A DNA stretch of 64,000 bases from Minisyncoccia bacterium (GTDB lineage: Bacteria; Patescibacteriota; Minisyncoccia; Phycocordibacterales; SBAW01): positions 4,154 to 68,153 of the forward strand of contig JBEKSG010000003.1 of NCBI GenBank assembly GCA_049997855.1, read 5' to 3'. The notes beneath the pieces are model-generated. The model was given only the letters and a program-made list of their open reading frames with translations, ran no database searches and had not been told where the DNA came from. The translations under genes and the position numbers were made by a program. Numbering within the stretch: position 1 is the stretch's first letter; every line of letters starts with the position of its first letter. This document shows, one piece after another, positions 47,198-58,249 of this stretch.

Positions 47198-49393
47198 ATG
47201 CGCCAACGCTTAACTCACCATCCTCACAAGATATGGCGGTGGGTAAAAAAACACAAAGTAAAAACGCTGCTGTACGCACTTGGCGTGTATTTTGTGCTCA
47301 TGGGCATCCTCTTTTTGTGGGCGGCAACGCTCCCCTTGCCCGACTTAAACTCGCTCTCGCAAATACGCGTTGACCAGTCGGTTAAACTCTACGATCGCAC
47401 GGGGCAAGTATTGCTCTACGATATCAGCAATAACAACATACAGCGCACCAGTGTGACGCTCGACCAGGTCTCGCCCAACATTCAAAACGCAGTCATTTCT
47501 ATCGAAGACCCTAACTTTTATACCAATAACGGTGTCGAGTTTAAGGCAATCCTGCGCGCCATTTTTGTCGATATCACACACGTGGGGCTCGACCAGGGCG
47601 GTTCGACCATCACCCAGCAGGTGATTAAAAACACCGTGCTCACCAATGACAAAAGCATTGTGCGCAAGCTTAAAGAGTGGATATTGGCGCTTAAACTCGA
47701 ACAGGTGCTTACCAAGCAGCAGATTTTAACGCTCTATGTTAACCAAGTGCCTTACGGCGGCACGATGTACGGCGTTGAAGAGGCCTCCGAAACTTTTTTT
47801 GGCAAGCATGCAAGCGAGGTCGACCTGGCCGAGGCCGCCTATCTGGCTGCAATCCTCCCTGCGCCGAGCTACTACTCGCCTTATGGACCCAACAAAACCG
47901 ATCTAGACGCGCGCAAAAATCTCGTGCTCGACGAAATGTACACGCACGGTTACATTACCGCCCCCGAGCGCGACGATGCCAAAGCCGAGCAAGTGGTGTT
48001 TATTCCACAACAAAGCAGCTCGATACAAGCGCCGCACTTTGTGTTTTATGTCGAGCAATATTTAGAGCAAAAATACGGCGAGGATGCGATACAAACGAGC
48101 GGTTGGAAGGTCACCACGACGCTCGATGCCAACATGCAAGCCGAAGCCGAGTCGATAGTAAAAGCCGGAGCGCTCAGCAACACCTCCAAATTTAACGCAA
48201 GCAATGCCGGCCTTATCGCACTCGACCCCACAGACGGACAAATCCTCAGCATGGTGGGCTCGCGCAACTATTTCGACACTCAAATAGATGGCGCATACAA
48301 CGTGACGCTCGCCAACCGTCAGCCGGGCTCGGCGTTTAAACCCTTTGCCTACGCCGAGGCGTTTATCAAGGGCTACACGCCCGACACCGTGCTGTGGGAT
48401 GTGCCAACACAATTTTCCACTAGCTGTTCGGGGAGTAACTTTAGCAACGTTGCGCCGTGCTACTCGCCGGTTGATTATGACAACAAATTTAGAGGTCCGA
48501 TGACGTTGCGCGACGCCATCGCGCAGTCTATTAACGTGCCGTCGGTTAAGGTGCTCTATCTCGCCGGCATTGCCGACACGCTCCAACTTGCCAAGTCGAT
48601 GGGCATCTCGACACTCGGCAACGCCGACCAATACGGCCTTACCCTCGTGCTCGGCGGCGGCGAGGTAAACTTGCTCGACATGTCGAGCGCCTACGGAACC
48701 TTTGCCACCGACGGCACACACTACCAACCGACGGCGATACTAAAAATTGAAGATTCAAACGGCAACGTTATCGAAGACGACTCGCAACCAACCGGTACGC
48801 AGGTGTTGCAGCCGCAGATAGCCGAAGAAATAAACGACGTACTCTCCGATCCGGTGGCGCGCGCGCCCTTGGGCGAAAACGAGTATCTCCAATTCCCCGG
48901 TTACGATGTGGCGGTTAAAACCGGTACTACCAACAACTATAAAGACGCGTGGACCATTGGCTATACGCCAAACCTTGTGGTAGGCATTTGGGCCGGCAAC
49001 AACGACAATAGCCCCATGACGCACAACGTGTCGGGCTTTATCGTCGGACCGATGTGGAATCAGTTTATGCAATACGCATTGCCTACGCGCCCCACGCAAT
49101 ACTTTACGCGCACCATAGTAAACGAGAGCGGCCTCAAGCCGATATTGCGCGGCGACTGGCAAATCCCGGGCAGTGACGGCGCACTGCATGAGATACTCTA
49201 CTGGCTCAACAAAAACGACCCCACAGGCCCGACACCGCCCGACCCAACCGACCCGCAATATAGTTTGTGGGAAACAGGGTTAAGCCTGTGGCTCACACAC
49301 AACACGCCCGCCGGTCTCTCAACAACACCAAATTCGGGCCAAGTACAAACATCAGGAGCACCAATGATCCCTGTTGGCCCCGTGACGCAATAA
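47198..49393 (+). CDS. class A penicillin-binding protein (transglycosylase + transpeptidase)
   Basis: GT51 motifs (EDPNFY; GGSTITQQ), TPase motifs (SAFKPF; KTGT) and an N-terminal TM helix. Confidence 0.85.
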   Translation: MRQRLTHHPHKIWRWVKKHKVKTLLYALGVYFVLMGILFLWAATLPLPDLNSLSQIRVDQSVKLYDRTGQVLLYDISNNNIQRTSVTLDQVSPNIQNAVISIEDPNFYTNNGVEFKAILRAIFVDITHVGLDQGGSTITQQVIKNTVLTNDKSIVRKLKEWILALKLEQVLTKQQILTLYVNQVPYGGTMYGVEEASETFFGKHASEVDLAEAAYLAAILPAPSYYSPYGPNKTDLDARKNLVLDEMYTHGYITAPERDDAKAEQVVFIPQQSSSIQAPHFVFYVEQYLEQKYGEDAIQTSGWKVTTTLDANMQAEAESIVKAGALSNTSKFNASNAGLIALDPTDGQILSMVGSRNYFDTQIDGAYNVTLANRQPGSAFKPFAYAEAFIKGYTPDTVLWDVPTQFSTSCSGSNFSNVAPCYSPVDYDNKFRGPMTLRDAIAQSINVPSVKVLYLAGIADTLQLAKSMGISTLGNADQYGLTLVLGGGEVNLLDMSSAYGTFATDGTHYQPTAILKIEDSNGNVIEDDSQPTGTQVLQPQIAEEINDVLSDPVARAPLGENEYLQFPGYDVAVKTGTTNNYKDAWTIGYTPNLVVGIWAGNNDNSPMTHNVSGFIVGPMWNQFMQYALPTRPTQYFTRTIVNESGLKPILRGDWQIPGSDGALHEILYWLNKNDPTGPTPPDPTDPQYSLWETGLSLWLTHNTPAGLSTTPNSGQVQTSGAPMIPVGPVTQ

Positions 49394-49416
49394 AAAAGGC
49401 TACCGTTTTGAATATG

Positions 49417-51516
49417 TCACGACAACTTATTCTCCAATCGAAATTTGGTAGGACGAATTTTAATTGCAAGTTGTAGATTCAATTCTTTCGCCAAAGCAAA
49501 ACAAAAATGACAAAGCCGCTTCGAGTCAAAATTAGTGAGTAGCCATAAGCCGTTTTTCAATTTTTTTCTAAGTTTTGCTTCATCACTAGATTCGAGAACG
49601 TCTTTTATTAATAACTGTCTGTCACCCCCATCGATAAAACTAAGGGTGCTTTCGGTCAAGACAAATGTTTTTGAATACAATTCAACTAGGATAACAAACA
49701 GTTCAGACCACGTCCCCCCTTCTTTGAATTTTTGGCCACCTAACGAATAACTTTCTGGCTTCGTGTATCTAAGATCACCATACTTTGCATAATTACTTGT
49801 GTTTAGTTCAGATTTATATTCTAGCTTTTCACCAAAAGAAGAGTGACGTAATTTATCTAGAGAAGACGGAGATTTAAAGAAATATTGATAATTGTTGAAA
49901 GTTGGATCTTGTCGTTGAGTCGCCATTGCAACACTAAGAAGATTCATGACTCTCTCGCTGTTTTTCTCAAATTCTTTTTTTATCTTTTCTAACGAACCCT
50001 CTTTTGTAGCCATTTCTTCGAGAATAATACCTTCTGGTATTAACACCCACAGCTTAAAGAGTGTCAACAAATGCAAAAGACCGGTACTAAACAAACTTAA
50101 TTCATCTAAGGAATAATTAGGTCGATTTTTCTTCAGTTTCTGCTTGAACCATTCGAGAAGTTTGAAACTTATCAACAAAGAGTGCGCACTAATTTGATTA
50201 TGAAAAATAGTCGTGTAATACGCATTATATATTTCAGCTTTTTTATTCTTTGCCTCAGATGGCCTCTCAAGAAAAAGTGACATGTACGCTTGGGCAGCTT
50301 TTTCAAGATCAATGATTTTTTCTTTTTTTACATTTCCATCGTTAGTGTATAATCCCCTTTTCCTTTGGTAAAAATATCCAAGGGAATTAAATTGGGCCTC
50401 GAGTTGTTTTTGTATATCATCTTCACTAATTAGGTCTCTATTGTTTACCGTCGATTGTGTGTTTGATGCTTTGATAATTGCCTCTTTTAGTTTTGGATCG
50501 GAAGATTCAATTATCCGCACCAACACGTGTCCGGTATTTTCTTCAATTTTCCCAAGTTGATAAACGTCTCTTATTGTACTCGCAGTTTGGCAACCGTTGA
50601 TTAAGGATGGATTTGTTAACTCAACAATTTCATTACCAACCTTGATTTGATAATTATCGCAGAGAATGGTAATTCCATTATTTAAGTAGATAAATGTTTC
50701 TATTGCTTCCTTGTCTAACAAAGTTTTCTTTATTTGATCGTTTATTTTATTTTCACCAAGGTACCCGCGGACATTAGCGTTAAATATGTTTGGTTTGTCC
50801 TCGACTAATTTAGCAATCTCGAATACGTCGACACGTACAACCTTTCCTTTTGAATGATTAATATCCGGTAGATCTAAAAAAGTTTTTGCACCAGCGCCCG
50901 TATCTTTAACAACTTTGATAGATACCTTACCCACAGGTTTCGTTGAGGGAGGTAATATCAATTCTGCTACGTCCTTTTCAGTAAGAATTTCATAGTTGAC
51001 CTGCTTATCGCTTTCATTTGAAAATCTTTCTAATTCCTCGTAGAGCGAAGCTTGCGGTCTTTTGCCATTAGTTAGAAAGAGAAGTTTTATTTTATCGATT
51101 TCCCCTGATTGAAAGGAGTTTCTGGCCGATTCTATACGAGGTTTGAGTTTAGGATTCAAAACATTTGTGGGAGCATCACCTAATACATAATTCCGAACAG
51201 TTTCGACCATTAAAGTTTTAGCTGTTTCGTCTAGCGAATTATTTGGGTTCTGTGCAAAATATTTTGACTGCACAATATAAAGAATATTATTTCCATTCTC
51301 GTCGACCTGGATGAAAATAGCATCAATCCCCTTATCGTTGCCGCCATCGGTTATCGCTTCTTCAACTTCTATCTCATCGAGCCCGTAAATATTTTGAAGA
51401 CAAAAAATTATGAAAGCTGTTGACGGCTGACAACTAAATTCTTTTGCCGTCTCTTGAACTCTTGCAGCTAGAGTGCTTTGAATACGTGGGTTTGACATAT
51501 TTTTAATAATACTCAA
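49417..51516 (-). CDS. AIPR-family abortive infection protein
   Basis: 699 aa with an AIPR-like core (IYLNNGITILCDNY...INGCQT); markedly AT-rich; begins 8 nt after the dnaN stop. Confidence 0.75.
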   Translation of the reverse strand: MSIIKNMSNPRIQSTLAARVQETAKEFSCQPSTAFIIFCLQNIYGLDEIEVEEAITDGGNDKGIDAIFIQVDENGNNILYIVQSKYFAQNPNNSLDETAKTLMVETVRNYVLGDAPTNVLNPKLKPRIESARNSFQSGEIDKIKLLFLTNGKRPQASLYEELERFSNESDKQVNYEILTEKDVAELILPPSTKPVGKVSIKVVKDTGAGAKTFLDLPDINHSKGKVVRVDVFEIAKLVEDKPNIFNANVRGYLGENKINDQIKKTLLDKEAIETFIYLNNGITILCDNYQIKVGNEIVELTNPSLINGCQTASTIRDVYQLGKIEENTGHVLVRIIESSDPKLKEAIIKASNTQSTVNNRDLISEDDIQKQLEAQFNSLGYFYQRKRGLYTNDGNVKKEKIIDLEKAAQAYMSLFLERPSEAKNKKAEIYNAYYTTIFHNQISAHSLLISFKLLEWFKQKLKKNRPNYSLDELSLFSTGLLHLLTLFKLWVLIPEGIILEEMATKEGSLEKIKKEFEKNSERVMNLLSVAMATQRQDPTFNNYQYFFKSPSSLDKLRHSSFGEKLEYKSELNTSNYAKYGDLRYTKPESYSLGGQKFKEGGTWSELFVILVELYSKTFVLTESTLSFIDGGDRQLLIKDVLESSDEAKLRKKLKNGLWLLTNFDSKRLCHFCFALAKELNLQLAIKIRPTKFRLENKLS

Positions 51517-51523
51517 GCTTAAA

Positions 51524-52621
51524 TTACCGGTTCATTGGCATGGCTAGGTAGAGGAAGCTCTCGTCGGCGGCATCTTTGATGAGGAGCGGTTTGCCTGCGC
51601 CGTTGGCGCGTATGCGCACGCTGTCTCCTGTGATTGCCTGCAAGCTGTCGGCGAGGTAGCGGCCGTTAAAGTTCATTGTGCAAGGCTCGCCCGATATGGT
51701 GGCGCGCACGGTTGAGATTTGCTCACCCACGTCCGGGTTGCGTGACGAAAGAAAGATTGCCTTTTTTGCCGGGTCTATCGTAAAAGTAACCTGCGCAAAC
51801 TTGTCGGCAAACACCGAGAGCGATTTGAGCGCCGCCGAGAAATCCTCGCGCAATACCACTGCCTCAGAAATAAATGACTTGGGGATGATTTGACGATAGT
51901 TAGGAAACGCGCCGTCGATAAGGCGGCTCGTGTAATACACGTCTCCCACGTGGGTGGAAATTTGGTTGTCGTTGTAATACAACTCAACCTCGACGTTTGC
52001 CGTCTCTACAATGCGCATGAGCTCGGCCGCGTTGCGCGCCGGCACAAGCAAATGTGCCACACTGCCGCCGGAGCGGAGCGGAATGCTCTTTTCGGCAAGC
52101 CGGAAGGAGTCGGTTGCTGCGGTGGTAACCTTGCCTGCTTCACCAAACAGCAGGACGCTCTGTTGCTCGGGTTTAATCGCCGAAGTCGAGGCACAGTAAG
52201 CCACACTCCTAATGGCGCGCGTGAGATCGCCTGATTTAACCGTAAACGAGCGCTCAGCCGACACGTGCGGTAAAATCGGGAAGTCGTCATGCAGGATGGT
52301 TTTGATCGAGGCCGACGCGCGCTCGGTTTCGATTTTAAACAACTCACCCACCAACGCCGCTGAAATATTTTTACCCCGTGCGTTCGACAAAAACCCAAGC
52401 AACACTCCTCCAGGCACAGCCGCAACGCCATCGTGTAAAACTTTTGCCGCAAAGGTTACCTCAACACCACACTCAAGGTTGGTGGCCCGCAGTACTATCC
52501 GCCCACCATCAGCTGTTATCAAAATACTCCCCAACACCGGCAGATTGGCTTTGCGCTCAACAAAACGGGCGGCAGTTGTCACTGCTTTAAGAAGTTGTTC
52601 GGTTGTGCATTCAAACTTCAT
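51524..52621 (-). CDS. dnaN: DNA polymerase III beta sliding clamp
   Basis: 365 aa with the three-domain clamp pattern, downstream of dnaA. Confidence 0.9.
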   Translation of the reverse strand: MKFECTTEQLLKAVTTAARFVERKANLPVLGSILITADGGRIVLRATNLECGVEVTFAAKVLHDGVAAVPGGVLLGFLSNARGKNISAALVGELFKIETERASASIKTILHDDFPILPHVSAERSFTVKSGDLTRAIRSVAYCASTSAIKPEQQSVLLFGEAGKVTTAATDSFRLAEKSIPLRSGGSVAHLLVPARNAAELMRIVETANVEVELYYNDNQISTHVGDVYYTSRLIDGAFPNYRQIIPKSFISEAVVLREDFSAALKSLSVFADKFAQVTFTIDPAKKAIFLSSRNPDVGEQISTVRATISGEPCTMNFNGRYLADSLQAITGDSVRIRANGAGKPLLIKDAADESFLYLAMPMNR

Positions 52622-52832
52622 ATGTTCTTTATAAAAAATCTATTACTACTATTAAGGGTGTGAATTGGTGGAAAAGTGACGGTAAGGATTGCGTTGTAAG
52701 AGTTTGTTGTTGGAGCGATGTTTGCATACGCGGTGGATAACTAAGCGCTCATATGTTTGGTATGTATTGATTGGTTGATTTTACACACTTGTCCACAACA
52801 CTGTCCCCTTCTATTACTACCACTTATCCACT
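52622..52832. promoter_or_regulatory. dnaA-dnaN intergenic region with DnaA boxes (oriC component)
   Basis: DnaA-box-like 9-mers: tggataac (52734..), ttgtccaca (52789..) and ttatccac (52824..). Confidence 0.5.
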
Positions 52833-54176
52833 TCATTTCAACATGAGACGGATTTGGTGCATTTCTTGATTGAGCGCGCTGTCGGTGTGTAGGTCGGTTT
52901 TTATTTTTTCGCACGAATGAATGACGGTGGTGTGGTCGCGGCCGCCAAGCTTCTCGCCAATGGTTGGAAAGGAGATGTGGAAGTCCTCGCGTAGGAGATA
53001 CATGATGACCTGGCGCGGCCGTACCACCTCTTTGCGGCGGGTTTTTTCATAAATGCTGTTTTCCTCGACACCATAAAAGCCGGAGATTGCTTTGACTACA
53101 TCTTGCACCGACACGGCTTTTTTAGTCGAACTGCTCGCGCTCCGGAGGAGCGCTTTAGCGTCGTTAATAGTGAGAGGTTCACCGCGCATCTCAAACTGTA
53201 TAAGGAGCATGTTGAGCGCGCCCTCAAGCTCGCGGACATTGCCCTCAATAGTGGCTGCTAAGTACTCAAGCACCTCGTCGGGGAGCATTACATTATGGAC
53301 GGCGGCTTTTGCGCGCACGATGGCGAGGCGCGACTGGTGGTCGGGCGGCGTTACTGCGACGACCATCCCCGCCGCAAGGCGCGACTTCAGTCTGTCCTCG
53401 AGGTTTTGGATCACATTTGGGTGTTGGTCGGACGAAAAAACAAGTTGCTTGTTGTTGTCGTGGAGATAGTTAAAGAGATGAAAAAATTCCTCTTTTATTT
53501 TATCGCGACCCGCCAAAAACTGCACGTCGTCCATGATGAGGAGGTCATACTGGCGGTACCGCTCTTTAAAGTTTTGCACTTTGTCCGCTTGGAGGCTCGA
53601 TACGTAATCCATCGAAAACTTTTCCGACGTGACATAAAACACCTTACGCTCAGGCGTTTGTGTCCGAAAATAATTGCCGACAGCTTGTATAAGGTGCGTT
53701 TTGCCGAGGCCGGTTGGCCCGTATACCAAAAGCGGGTTGTACGCGATGCCCGGTTTACGGATAACCGCCTGCGCCGCGGCGTGTGCAAGCTCATTAAACG
53801 GCCCAACCACAAATGATTGCAGGGTAAAGCGCGGGTTTAAGTTTGTTTTGGCGTGCACGGTTTCGAGAGGCAGCTCCGCAGACGCGGGGGGTACGATGTG
53901 CGGCGGTTCCTCGACCGTTTTTTTGACTCCACGCGATATGACATACTCGACCGCGCGCACGCTGTCGGAGAGACCGCGCAAAGAGCGTAAAATGTCTTTG
54001 TGGAATTTTGTTGAAAGCCAGTCGCGGGCAAACTGGCTCGGCACGCCGAGCGCTACGGTGCCGTCCTCGACGCGCACGATATGCGTGTCTTTAAACCACG
54101 TATTAAAATTGGGTTTTGAAATAGTCAGTTCCAGTTCCACCAATGCATTTTCCCAGAGCTCTTTCGTGGTAGTCAT
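52833..54176 (-). CDS. dnaA: chromosomal replication initiator DnaA
   Basis: AAA+ motifs ([10 protein letters not shown]) and a C-terminal DNA-binding domain. Confidence 0.9.
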   Translation of the reverse strand: MTTTKELWENALVELELTISKPNFNTWFKDTHIVRVEDGTVALGVPSQFARDWLSTKFHKDILRSLRGLSDSVRAVEYVISRGVKKTVEEPPHIVPPASAELPLETVHAKTNLNPRFTLQSFVVGPFNELAHAAAQAVIRKPGIAYNPLLVYGPTGLGKTHLIQAVGNYFRTQTPERKVFYVTSEKFSMDYVSSLQADKVQNFKERYRQYDLLIMDDVQFLAGRDKIKEEFFHLFNYLHDNNKQLVFSSDQHPNVIQNLEDRLKSRLAAGMVVAVTPPDHQSRLAIVRAKAAVHNVMLPDEVLEYLAATIEGNVRELEGALNMLLIQFEMRGEPLTINDAKALLRSASSSTKKAVSVQDVVKAISGFYGVEENSIYEKTRRKEVVRPRQVIMYLLREDFHISFPTIGEKLGGRDHTTVIHSCEKIKTDLHTDSALNQEMHQIRLMLK

Positions 54177-54276
54177 AGTACGTTTCTCCCAGCATACGCG
54201 TGCGCGGCCTCTCCGTCAAAAACGGCATACCAGTGCATAAGTTGTGGAGAAACTGTGGATACAGTATATTTGACGC
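54177..54276. promoter_or_regulatory. rpmH-dnaA divergent intergenic region with DnaA boxes
   Basis: ttgtggaga (54242..) and tgtggatac (54255..). Confidence 0.5.
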
Positions 54277-54414
54277 ATGTCACAAACCTACCAGCCTAAA
54301 AAGCGTAAACGCGCGCGTGCACACGGTTTTCTTACAAGGAGCAGTACGCCCGGTGGGCGCGCAACGCTTAAGCGTCGCCTTCACAAAAGGCGCGCCCGCA
54401 AATCAGTAGTATAA
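54277..54414 (+). CDS. rpmH: 50S ribosomal protein L34
   Basis: Hand translation [45 protein letters not shown]. Confidence 0.85.
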   Translation: MSQTYQPKKRKRARAHGFLTRSSTPGGRATLKRRLHKRRARKSVV

Positions 54415-54427
54415 GTAAACGTATGTT

Positions 54428-54781
54428 ATGCTCAAAAAGCGCCTGCGTCTGCGTGCAGAAGAGGTAAAAGAGGTGCTGAAAGCCGGCCGCTCGGCGCACT
54501 CGTCTCATATGCAGGCCAAGTGGATTGTTGCCGAGGAGCCCCTGCGTAGCGCGGCGGTAGTTGCAAGGTCGGTGGCGCGCAAAGCCAACGTCCGCAACGC
54601 ATTGCGCCGCTCCATATATCGCGCAATTGCCTCGGTCAGCACTACCGCTCCTCTCCCACGCGCTCGGGCGGTGTTCTTTCTCCGGGTTATACCGAGAGAG
54701 CGCTCGGGTACGATACTAAGAGAAGAGATTTCCTTCTTGCTTTCCCAGATAGGCAGGCCCTGGCCGGGCAGGCAAAAATAA
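54428..54781 (+). CDS. rnpA: ribonuclease P protein component
   Basis: Basic 117 aa protein immediately after rpmH. Confidence 0.8.
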   Translation: MLKKRLRLRAEEVKEVLKAGRSAHSSHMQAKWIVAEEPLRSAAVVARSVARKANVRNALRRSIYRAIASVSTTAPLPRARAVFFLRVIPRERSGTILREEISFLLSQIGRPWPGRQK

Positions 54782-54788
54782 TATATGT

Positions 54789-55511
54789 ATGTTTGAGACC
54801 ATCCTCATTGCGCCGCTCTATAATGCATTTATATTTTTAATCGGCATTATGCCGGGCGGCAGCGTAGGTCTTGCCATTATCGCAATGACCATCGTCGTGC
54901 GCGCGGTGTTTTATCCGGCATTTAGCGCCTCCATACGCACCCAAATGGCCATGGCGGCTATACAGGGCGACCTCGACGCAATAAACAAAAAATACAAGGA
55001 CAACCCGGACGAAAAAGCCAAGCAAACCATGGAGCTCTTCAAAACAAAAGAGGTCCGTCCATTTGCCGGTTTTGTGGCCATCTTGGTCCAAATCCCTATA
55101 TTTATAGCACTTTATTATGCGCTCATACGCGAAGGGTTGCCGCACATCGCCACGCGCCTTTTGTACCCTTTTGTGTCCGTGCCCGCGACGGTTAACACCA
55201 ATTTTTTTGGGCTAATAAATCTGCTCGCGTCACACAATATCGCGTTGGCGCTTGTGGTAGCAGGCCTCCAATATGCCGTGGTTAAACTTTCGCTCGTGCG
55301 CACTAAGCGCGTTACCACCGTGCCGCTTGCACCCGAAAAAGCGCAAGCTCAGGCGATGCAGCAGAATATGATGCTCTACGCCATGCCCGTGCTGTATATT
55401 TTTATTGTTTATTCTTTTCCTGCCGCCGCTGGGCTTTATTTTGCAACCAGCAACATTATTTCGCTCGGACAAGAGTTCCTGATCCGCCGAGAATTGCAAA
55501 GCGCAAAGTAG
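54789..55511 (+). CDS. yidC: membrane protein insertase YidC
   Basis: Short monoderm-type YidC with five TM helices. Confidence 0.85.
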   Translation: MFETILIAPLYNAFIFLIGIMPGGSVGLAIIAMTIVVRAVFYPAFSASIRTQMAMAAIQGDLDAINKKYKDNPDEKAKQTMELFKTKEVRPFAGFVAILVQIPIFIALYYALIREGLPHIATRLLYPFVSVPATVNTNFFGLINLLASHNIALALVVAGLQYAVVKLSLVRTKRVTTVPLAPEKAQAQAMQQNMMLYAMPVLYIFIVYSFPAAAGLYFATSNIISLGQEFLIRRELQSAK

Positions 55512-55528
55512 TGGAGTAGGCTGGGCGT

Positions 55529-56002
55529 ATGGACGCCCAAGAACTCACCGATTTTGTCTCCGAGCTTCTTGCCGCGCTTAGCGCCTCTTTTGAGAGTGTA
55601 ACCGTTACCACAGGCCACCGTACAGTTGTTGCTGTCAAAACGGCCGAGCCCGAGCGCCTGATAGGCCCGCACGGCGAGCATGTGCGCGCGCTTACCCTGC
55701 TTGCGCGGCGCATAGTCGAACAAAAGTATGGCGAGGATGCCTCAAATTTCCTTATCGACATCAACGGCTACCAGGAGGCCCAGCTTGAGGGCGTGCGCCA
55801 ACAGGCGCGTATGCTGGCACAGCGCGCCCGCCTATTTAAACACGAGGTGGAGATGCCGCCCATGAGCTCATACGAGCGTTTGGTGATACACGAGCTTTTT
55901 GCCGATGATCCGGAGATAAACACGGAGTCGGCAGGCGACGGCAAGTTTCGCCATATAGTGCTCAAATATAACAGCGGCTCGCCTTCTATTGAGCAAGCCT
56001 AA
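55529..56002 (+). CDS. Jag/KhpB-family RNA-binding protein (KH + R3H)
   Basis: R3H-like C-terminus; the conserved yidC-jag context. Confidence 0.7.
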   Translation: MDAQELTDFVSELLAALSASFESVTVTTGHRTVVAVKTAEPERLIGPHGEHVRALTLLARRIVEQKYGEDASNFLIDINGYQEAQLEGVRQQARMLAQRARLFKHEVEMPPMSSYERLVIHELFADDPEINTESAGDGKFRHIVLKYNSGSPSIEQA

Positions 56003-57227
56003 CACCCCACAACTCGCGGGTGCCTTTGGTAGTAAAGGAGAGGTAGTGTTCGTCCGGCGAAAGCGCCATTTCTAAAATATCGGAAGCAACACCGCCGTCT
56101 GTACCTCCCGGCGAGGCAACAACGTTTTCAGCGGCAAGATTTGTATATATCCTAAAAATATTATCAGCAGAACTGGCAAGCCCTTGATGCCAAAGGTCAA
56201 GGTAATTTGCCGGGACGGATTGTATAGGTGCCGCGCAGTACATCACGGTATTTGTAATGTTGTCCCAAATACATTGTTCAGGAGACGGATTTATAGGAAG
56301 AAGCGCATTAAGTCCGCTTTTCACATCATGTAAATATGAGGTTTTGGTTGTGCCGTCAGATATCTGATATAGGAGCATAGAGAAAGCAGAATTAGCCGTT
56401 GCCGTCAGCCCCTCTGCATATACCAGTGGCGTTACTGCCCCGCTTTTTGCATCGACTGAAAATACTATACCCGGTACTCCCACTGACAATTTGCTTTGCA
56501 CTAAAAGAGTGCTTGGTGCCGGCCAGGAGACAAGCACTTGTGCAAGCGGAAGGGAAAAAAGTTTTTTAGCGCCGATGCCGTCGGATTTTGCAATGTAGCC
56601 GCTTGAGCCGTCTGATGTTTTGAGCAAGTAGGCAACGTTTTTGCCGTCAGGAGAGGCGGCGAGGTCGATGATATTGTCAGGCAAAAATTGTATGCGCGTT
56701 GCCGCAAGTTGAGTGCTCGTGGTCGCTGCGGGCAATCCGAGATATACGCTTTTAACCGTTGCTCCGTCGGTGTCGATATATTGCAAAATCGCGGCATTGC
56801 CCTGCTCAAGCCACACCACCTGCTCAATGCCCGGGATCGTTACATCAGAGACAACACGCGGCACGGCGCCCGGCACATCAAGAGGCGCATCATACACGTG
56901 GCCATCCTCCTGGTTTACATATCGCGCGAGCGTGGTGGTCGGGTGCAATGTTTGTATAAGCGTCGCTCCCGCAATTGGGCCGCCATTTATTTCAAATATT
57001 TTTTGCGTTGCCGATTGCGAAGCTGGCAGCGTGCCATTGGTTGCGGTGTTGGTGTTGGTGTTTGTGTTAGGCGTAGCCGTTGTAGTGTTGCTTGTCGAAG
57101 TGCCAAATAATGCGGTAGTTGATATAGTTGATGTGGCAGAAGAGCGGAAAAAGAAAAACCAAATAATTAACACCGAGAATGTTACAATCCCCACAAGAAT
57201 TAAACTTAATTTAAGTGTTTGCGTCAT
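55986..57227 (-). CDS. membrane-anchored beta-propeller-like protein (T4SS-cluster associated)
   Basis: N-terminal TM helix, a T/N-rich linker and a repeated beta-strand region. Confidence 0.35.
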   Translation of the reverse strand: MTQTLKLSLILVGIVTFSVLIIWFFFFRSSATSTISTTALFGTSTSNTTTATPNTNTNTNTATNGTLPASQSATQKIFEINGGPIAGATLIQTLHPTTTLARYVNQEDGHVYDAPLDVPGAVPRVVSDVTIPGIEQVVWLEQGNAAILQYIDTDGATVKSVYLGLPAATTSTQLAATRIQFLPDNIIDLAASPDGKNVAYLLKTSDGSSGYIAKSDGIGAKKLFSLPLAQVLVSWPAPSTLLVQSKLSVGVPGIVFSVDAKSGAVTPLVYAEGLTATANSAFSMLLYQISDGTTKTSYLHDVKSGLNALLPINPSPEQCIWDNITNTVMYCAAPIQSVPANYLDLWHQGLASSADNIFRIYTNLAAENVVASPGGTDGGVASDILEMALSPDEHYLSFTTKGTRELWGVRLAQ

Positions 57228-58249
57228 TGTTTATAGCAATATTGTTGCCAAATCCACGGTGCCCATTTATATCCCGCGTTTGCGCCTGTAGCATCTGTAG
57301 CATTTGTGCAGCTTTCTGGTGTTGTATAAGCTGGCAAATAACAATAAGCTCCACTGCCAGAACCAATACTTGAACCCTGAGTCCAGACTGCTCCTTGTCC
57401 TAAATTCGAACATGCTTGCGCAGCTGCTTCGTCAGAGTTTCGCAAACATGTAGTAGTCCATATGCCGGCATTGGTTATGTTACCGCAGTACTGAGCCGTA
57501 CCACAACCTTCCGGAAAATCGCCGCAAGGTGGTGCTGTAGCTTGCGCAGGGTTGTTAGAGTTATTGTTTGAGGTGTTTGAGTTTGCCGTAACTGTACAAA
57601 GTCCTTGTTGTTGCATGTCTTGCGTGCACGGATTTAAATTAAAACTAAGCAATTTAGGATTAATAGTGTTAAGGATAAGCCACGAAGCTGCGATGAGCAC
57701 TATTCCCCACAATGCAGCTTGTGCTCTTTTAAGACCTTCTTGTTTTGTCTTAATTGTGCTGGAAACCATGTACTCGATGCCGCCGACGGTGAGCATGAGT
57801 ACTGCAAGCAATGCGCCGACACTGATGAGGATAGTAAAAATGGCGTTCACAATAGTCGGCAGATTGCCAGGATTGGTAAGATCGGGGTTGGTAGTAAGCC
57901 CTGGTATAGGCTCAAGCGCCTGGTATGGCAGGTTAGTACCAGTATTTGCAGGCGCTGTTGCTGCCGGAGTTGCTGGAGCTGTCGTCTCTCCTCCTGTAGT
58001 TTGAAATTGATTCATAGGATAGCTGGTCACGGTAGGACTCGCTCCGTTAAGATTTGCTCCTCCTGTCGCAGAGTTAACGCCAGCTGTCGGCGCCGTGTAG
58101 GAATTTCCGCTGGTATCAATTGGTTGAGATGTCAAAGTAGGCGCAGCAGTAGTGTTGACCGGCGCTAGTGTGCCGTATTGTGCATTCGCAACGTGCGGAA
58201 TGCCCAGTATTACGCTAAAAAAGATTAGAAAGAGTAGATTTTTTTTCAT
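57224..58249 (-). CDS. pilin-like protein with two-TM hairpin and Cys-rich C-terminal domain (possible VirB2/TrbC analogue)
   Basis: Signal peptide, low-complexity region, two adjacent TM helices and a Cys-rich C-terminus. Confidence 0.3.
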   Translation of the reverse strand: MKKNLLFLIFFSVILGIPHVANAQYGTLAPVNTTAAPTLTSQPIDTSGNSYTAPTAGVNSATGGANLNGASPTVTSYPMNQFQTTGGETTAPATPAATAPANTGTNLPYQALEPIPGLTTNPDLTNPGNLPTIVNAIFTILISVGALLAVLMLTVGGIEYMVSSTIKTKQEGLKRAQAALWGIVLIAASWLILNTINPKLLSFNLNPCTQDMQQQGLCTVTANSNTSNNNSNNPAQATAPPCGDFPEGCGTAQYCGNITNAGIWTTTCLRNSDEAAAQACSNLGQGAVWTQGSSIGSGSGAYCYLPAYTTPESCTNATDATGANAGYKWAPWIWQQYCYKQ

